Assembly: GCA_963741955.1 (NCBI GenBank)
Contig: CAVUKB010000006.1
Coordinates: 352,001 to 416,000 of the forward strand
Reading direction: 5' to 3'
DNA: 64,000 nt
DNA from: an uncultured Acidobacteriota bacterium
GTDB taxonomy: Bacteria; Acidobacteriota; Thermoanaerobaculia; Gp7-AA8
Shown piece by piece: positions 59,527 through 64,000 of the stretch. Both the position numbers and the translations under genes were made by a program. Below the pieces are notes generated by a model. The model made no database searches. It was not told where the DNA came from and worked only from the letters and a program-made list of their open reading frames with translations. Within the stretch, counting starts at the first letter, position 1. Each line of letters opens with the position of its first letter.

Positions 59527-59689
59527 CGGTTCCGGGCGGAAGCGCCGCCGTGACGGTACGGCACGTCCTGTGACTCACTCGTGCGGGAGAACGGAATGAT
59601 CGTACCTCATCGCGGCGCCGCTGAGAACGCCGCCGCTCCCTTTTTCGAAGCGGTGGCTCGATGGCTCCAGCCGGCCGCATTCCACTGCC

Positions 59690-62197
59690 TCAGCGGGTTA
59701 CCGGCTGGTCGCCGAAGTGGACCGAGAGATTGATCAGGACCGGCACCGGCTTTCCGTGAAGAGTCGCCGGACGGAAGCGCCACTGGCGGACTGCGTCGAC
59801 GGCCTTCTGATCGAGTCCAAAGGGAAGGCTCTGGAGCACCTTCGTCCTCTGTACCCGTCCGGTCCGGTCGATCAGTGCTTCGACCACGACAGTGCCTTCC
59901 ACGTGCGCACGGATTGCTTCCCGAGTGCGCTCGGGATCGACATGCCAGACCCGGAGAGGTGCTTTCACATCGCCGCCCACCCGCAGTGGCTCGGCGTCCC
60001 CTCCCGCAGCCATCCGCAACTGCGAGGCGGCCATCGTCGCCATTCGATCGAGATCGAGGAGTTTCGGCTCGTCACTCCTCCGCGCCAGCTCGTGAATCTC
60101 CGAGAAGAGACGGTTACGATCGAGCTCTCCGGCCGCCCACGACTGCTTGAGCGCCTCCGCGAACGCTCCCGCGAGCGCCGCAGTGCGGAGATCATGATCC
60201 GCCCGGTTCCAGGAAGCGGCGAAGTCCGACCATCGGATCCAGCGTCCGAGCTCTTTCGGTTCGCCGTCGTTCATCGACCGGTAGCGGATGCGAAGAGCCC
60301 CGATCGATTCAGCCTTGTCGAACTCCGGCTTGACTACGATCTCGTACAGCGCCGTGACGTGAGTGCCCGCGCCAATCTCGCCTGCGTCGACCGCATCGTT
60401 GCGAAAGTCGACGTCGGCGATGTCGCGGTTTTCGTATCCGATCAGACGATACCGCGCGACGACTTTCGGATTGAATTCCACCTGGGCTTTCGCGCCGGTG
60501 GCGATCGACTGCAGCAGACCGGTGAGGTTCTCGGTGAACACACGCGATGCTTCGTCGATGGAGTCGACGTAGTGATACCGCCCGTTGCCGTGGTCCGCGA
60601 GCTGCTCCATCAGGACGTCGTTGTAGTTGCCCATGCCGAATCCGACCGTGGTCAGCTGGATCCCTTCCTTCGCACGCCGCCCGATGACCCGGAGGATGGA
60701 TTGCGCAGAAGTGTGGCCGACGTTCGCGACTCCGTCGGAGCAGAGGATGACTCGATTCGTCGCATTCGGCCGCGCGAACCGGCTCTCGAGCTCGTAGCCG
60801 AGCCGGAGCCCCTCTTCTGCGTTCGTGGAGCCTTCGGGATAGAGACCGCGGATCGCGTGAAGAATCGCATCGTGGTCACCCGTCGGTTCGAGAAGAATGC
60901 GAGCATCGGAGCCGAATACCACCAGCCCCAGACGATCGGACTCTTCGAGATGCCCGACGAGCATGCTCAACGCACTCTTGACCAGCTCGAGCCGGTTCTC
61001 TCGCGCCATCGATCCGGAGACGTCGACGACGAACGTCAGCACCGCAGGCTTGCGCCGGCTCGCGTCGACCGTCCGCGCTGCGATCCCGAGCCGGAGAAGG
61101 TAGGAACGTTCGTGACGGGCGAACGGCGCCGGTGCGCCGTCGGCGTAGAGAGCGAAATCTCCCTCCCGCGGAGGGGCGTCGTCGTAGTCGAAGTAGTTGA
61201 TGAACTCCTCGGGACGGACCAGTCGTGACGGAGGAAGATGCCCCTCCTCGAGATAACGCCTGGCGATGGTGAACGATCCGGTATCGACGTCGAGTCCGAA
61301 CGTAGAGAACGCGTCGTCTTCCGTCTCCACGAACGGATTCGTTCCGTAGTCCTGCCCATAGACGTCCGGATAGGGCTCTCCATTCGGCGCGACTTTCTTC
61401 CGCGGCGCAAGGAGAGAGCCCTCGTCCTTCAGACTCGGAGTTTTTCTCGCTCCGGCGAACGACTCGACTCCCTGCGTCCTCGCGCCCGGGGCGTTCTGAG
61501 GAGAAACGGAAGAGGAAACTACGCCTCCGACCACTCCGCCGATCGCCGCGCGGCCTCGTTCGGCGCCGCGAGAGGCAGAAGAAGGAGCTGCTTTCGGAGG
61601 CGGAGGCGGCGCAACGGCGACGTTCTGCCGGAGTGAGTCCGCGCCGAGGCCGACGCCGTGCGCCGGAGCTTCCGCGGAATCGGCGGACTGCGTCTCTTCC
61701 CGCATGGTCGCGGTGGGGCGCGCCGTCTTTTCGAATGGAGCCGACGACGGAGCCGTGGCGTTCGTCTCTTCTTTCGTCTCGCTCGAAGGGAACGCGATCG
61801 GCGGAACACTCTCGTTCCCGGCGGAGAGTGTCCCCCGAGCCTCTCCCTGAGGCGCCGCCTGCACCGGCTCCGCATCGTCCGCTCGAGGTGCGCGGGGCGA
61901 CGGCTTCTCCGGCGCCGATTCCTCCATCGCCGTCTCTGGTGACGAGGCCGAGAAGTCGGTGTGCCAGAGGTAGCGCACGCCGATCCACGAGGCACCGACG
62001 AGAACCACGATCGACGCCGCGAGCGAAAGGATCCGCGACGAAGTGAACCACGAACGGTGTCGGGGGAGATCTTCCACACCTTCGCCGAGGTCTTCCGGAA
62101 TGTCGCCGTGGATCCGCTGGAGAAGGTCCTCCGGTGGAGGTGGTGCTTCGGTCGCGGAGAGCCTCCGCGCGATTTCTTTCTGGTCGTGAGTTGTCAT
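59690..62197 (-). CDS. Putative anti-sigma / YfbK-type vWA / TonB_C fusion protein
   Basis: Short N-terminus plus TM 'LAASIVVLVG'; 'STFGLDVDTGS' and 'EEFINYF'; MIDAS DVSGSM; 'YRLIGYENR...DAGEIGAG'; C-terminal TonB_C 'VEGTVVV...QWRFRPA'. Confidence 0.88.
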   Translation of the reverse strand: MTTHDQKEIARRLSATEAPPPPEDLLQRIHGDIPEDLGEGVEDLPRHRSWFTSSRILSLAASIVVLVGASWIGVRYLWHTDFSASSPETAMEESAPEKPSPRAPRADDAEPVQAAPQGEARGTLSAGNESVPPIAFPSSETKEETNATAPSSAPFEKTARPTATMREETQSADSAEAPAHGVGLGADSLRQNVAVAPPPPPKAAPSSASRGAERGRAAIGGVVGGVVSSSVSPQNAPGARTQGVESFAGARKTPSLKDEGSLLAPRKKVAPNGEPYPDVYGQDYGTNPFVETEDDAFSTFGLDVDTGSFTIARRYLEEGHLPPSRLVRPEEFINYFDYDDAPPREGDFALYADGAPAPFARHERSYLLRLGIAARTVDASRRKPAVLTFVVDVSGSMARENRLELVKSALSMLVGHLEESDRLGLVVFGSDARILLEPTGDHDAILHAIRGLYPEGSTNAEEGLRLGYELESRFARPNATNRVILCSDGVANVGHTSAQSILRVIGRRAKEGIQLTTVGFGMGNYNDVLMEQLADHGNGRYHYVDSIDEASRVFTENLTGLLQSIATGAKAQVEFNPKVVARYRLIGYENRDIADVDFRNDAVDAGEIGAGTHVTALYEIVVKPEFDKAESIGALRIRYRSMNDGEPKELGRWIRWSDFAASWNRADHDLRTAALAGAFAEALKQSWAAGELDRNRLFSEIHELARRSDEPKLLDLDRMATMAASQLRMAAGGDAEPLRVGGDVKAPLRVWHVDPERTREAIRAHVEGTVVVEALIDRTGRVQRTKVLQSLPFGLDQKAVDAVRQWRFRPATLHGKPVPVLINLSVHFGDQPVTR

Positions 62198-62751
62198 GAC
62201 GGGGTTCCCTCCAGGGCGACTTCGAGAAGCGAGAGTGCCCGGCGAAGGCGTTTGCGGATCGCGACGCTGGTCACTCCCGCGCTCTTCGCGATCTCCTGGA
62301 CCGGGAGCTCGGCCCAGAAATGAGCGGTGACGGTGAATCGCAGATCGTCGGGGAGAGCTCCCACCGCTCTGCGCAGAGCGACCTCGCTCTCCTCTCGCGC
62401 CAGCCGGCTGTCCGCGTGTTCGCCGGGATCTGGCGGATCGGGAAGCGATTCCACCGCAACCAGCCGCTGCGGCGTGCGGATGCGATTGAGCCAGGTGGTG
62501 TAAGCGATCCGGAAGAGCCACGTGCTCAGTTTCGCGCGGCCGTCGAAGCTTCCGAGCGACTGCCACGCCTTCCGGTACGTCTCCTGGGTCAGATCCGCAG
62601 CGATCTCCGGGTCTCCCGAGAGCTTCATCAACGCGGCGAAGACGCCGCGGTACGTCTCGGCTGCGATCCGTTCCGCCGCGCTCCGGTCACCGCGGCGGAC
62701 TGCGGCGAGCAGGACCCCTTCGTCCTGCGGTGGTGCCATCGACAGCGGCAT
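62194..62751 (-). CDS. ECF RNA polymerase sigma factor
   Basis: 'DLTQETY.KAW', 'STWLFRIA' and region-4 'EIA...GV...A.RKRL.RA'. ATGA overlap with the downstream gene; start inferred. Confidence 0.9.
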   Translation of the reverse strand: MPLSMAPPQDEGVLLAAVRRGDRSAAERIAAETYRGVFAALMKLSGDPEIAADLTQETYRKAWQSLGSFDGRAKLSTWLFRIAYTTWLNRIRTPQRLVAVESLPDPPDPGEHADSRLAREESEVALRRAVGALPDDLRFTVTAHFWAELPVQEIAKSAGVTSVAIRKRLRRALSLLEVALEGTPS

Positions 62752-62888
62752 CGCTTCCCCCGCTTGCACTCTCTCTTCGAACGTGGTGCTCACGAACCAT
62801 TGGACACGGGAGTGGGGAAAAAAGAAACCTCGAGAACGGAACCTCGCGATTCGCGCGGCACTGACGCGCAGTCTCCGATGGGTGCAGA

Positions 62889-63453
62889 GGGGTGCAGATC
62901 CTCCGATCTGCCGCGATGATCGTGTCGAAGCCGACGAAGACGGAGACTGTGGCGATTCGCGGAGCGTCGGGCGCACGCGTGATCTTCGCGAGCCTGGCGT
63001 CGCTTCCCGACGACACCGTCCCATTGCGCGCGAACTCGATTCGCGCCCGAGGGGTGCAGATCCTCTGATCTGCCGCGATCATCGTGTCGAAGCCGACGAA
63101 GACGGAGACTGTGGCGATTCGCGAAGCGTCGGGCGCACGCGCGATCGTCGCGAGTGCGGCTTCGCTTCTGCCGATGGCGCCGTCCCATTGCGCGCGAACT
63201 CGATTCGCGCGGCAGATCGGAGGATCTGCACCCCCACGACCTGGAGGAGTCCCGAGGGGTGCAGATCCTCCGATCTGCCACTAGGAGTCTGAGAAGACGG
63301 AGACCGTGGCGATTCGCGGAGCGCGGGTCCCTTGCGCGATCTTCGCGAGAACAGCTTCGCTTCTGCCAACAACTCTGTCCCATTGCGCTCGAACGCGATT
63401 CACGTGGCAGATCGGAGGATCTGCACCCCACAACCTGCAGCGCTCCCGAGGGG
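62889..63453. repeat. Second array of REP/REPIN-like family A
   Basis: Units at 62889 (right end missing), 63051-63234 and 63256-63429. Same GGGGTGCAGATCCTCYGATCTGCC ends; core is the reverse complement of the 7972 core. Confidence 0.92.
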
Positions 63454-63579
63454 AGCGGCAGGAATGGCTCCCATTGCCTGCGGTATTGTAAGGTAGAGGG
63501 TGCCGGAGTTGCAGACCTGCCCCCGCCGGACTCGTGCGGTGCGGAATCTGCAAGGGAAATCCGGTCAGGATTGAATCCG

Positions 63580-64000
63580 ATGTTCGGAAAACGGATCACG
63601 CTGTTCAAGCTCTTCGGATTCGCCGTTCGCGTCGACGTGAGCTGGCTGATCGTGGCGGCGCTGGTGGCCTGGTCGCTCGATACGTACTTCTCACGCTCAT
63701 ACCCGGGATATACCGTCGCGACTTACTGGGGTATGGCCGCCGTCGGAACGATCGTCTTCTTCCTCTCGCTCGTCGTGCACGAGTTCTCGCACGCCATGGT
63801 CGCGAAACACTACGGCATTCCGATGAAGGGGATCACGCTCTTTCTTCTCGGCGGAGTGGCGGAGATGGGAGAGGAACCGCCCAGTCCCGAAGCGGAGTTT
63901 GCCATGGCTGCGGCTGGCCCGCTGGCCAGCGTGATCATCGGCATGGGCTTCGGGGCGGTCTGGCTCGTCGGAACGATTCTGAACTGGACCGTCGTGGTGC
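63580..64000 (+). CDS. Site-2 protease (M50) family, truncated by the window end
   Basis: Manual translation: MFGKRITLFKLFGFAVRVDVSW...VVHEFSH...ITLFLLGGVA...AAAGP. Confidence 0.9.
   Translation, partial: MFGKRITLFKLFGFAVRVDVSWLIVAALVAWSLDTYFSRSYPGYTVATYWGMAAVGTIVFFLSLVVHEFSHAMVAKHYGIPMKGITLFLLGGVAEMGEEPPSPEAEFAMAAAGPLASVIIGMGFGAVWLVGTILNWTVVV

Noticed and set aside
62795-62832. Autoregulatory promoter of the second ECF sigma (minus-strand GGTTTC...GTGTCC)
   Set aside because: Position is plausible, but I cannot match it to a known consensus or find a second copy.

Overview
High-GC bacterial chromosome segment from a diderm (TonB domains, lipoproteins); an Acidobacteriota/Thermoanaerobaculia-like origin is my inference from gene content. 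About 50 genes are recognisable. Housekeeping genes: prmC, hinT, a TrmJ-like methyltransferase, icd, nfo, argF, moaDE, polA, selB, an mccA/mccB-like pair, plsY and gpsA. Envelope and signalling modules: a sortase with a VIT-vWA LPQTA target beside an OmpR-type two-component system, two ECF sigma operons, a NarL-type two-component system, and stand-alone PilZ and MshEN-like proteins. Several secreted peptidases are also present. I found no tRNA, rRNA, CRISPR array, transposase or integrase. The most unusual signal is non-coding. (1) Heptamer-built inverted arms of about 230-245 bp bracket a three-gene cassette (44360-46590), with smaller heptamer-arm hairpins elsewhere. (2) A REP-bounded 184-bp element forms two arrays (7972-8612 and 62889-63453); its core is flipped relative to the linker between the two sites, and both arrays lie upstream of vWA operons. 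(3) There is a second REP-like array, a MITE-like palindrome at a stop codon, and a 257-bp near-synonymous duplicate of part of a chorismatase-like gene flanking an AraC/subtilase islet. All calls come from visual motif recognition; no database searches were run.
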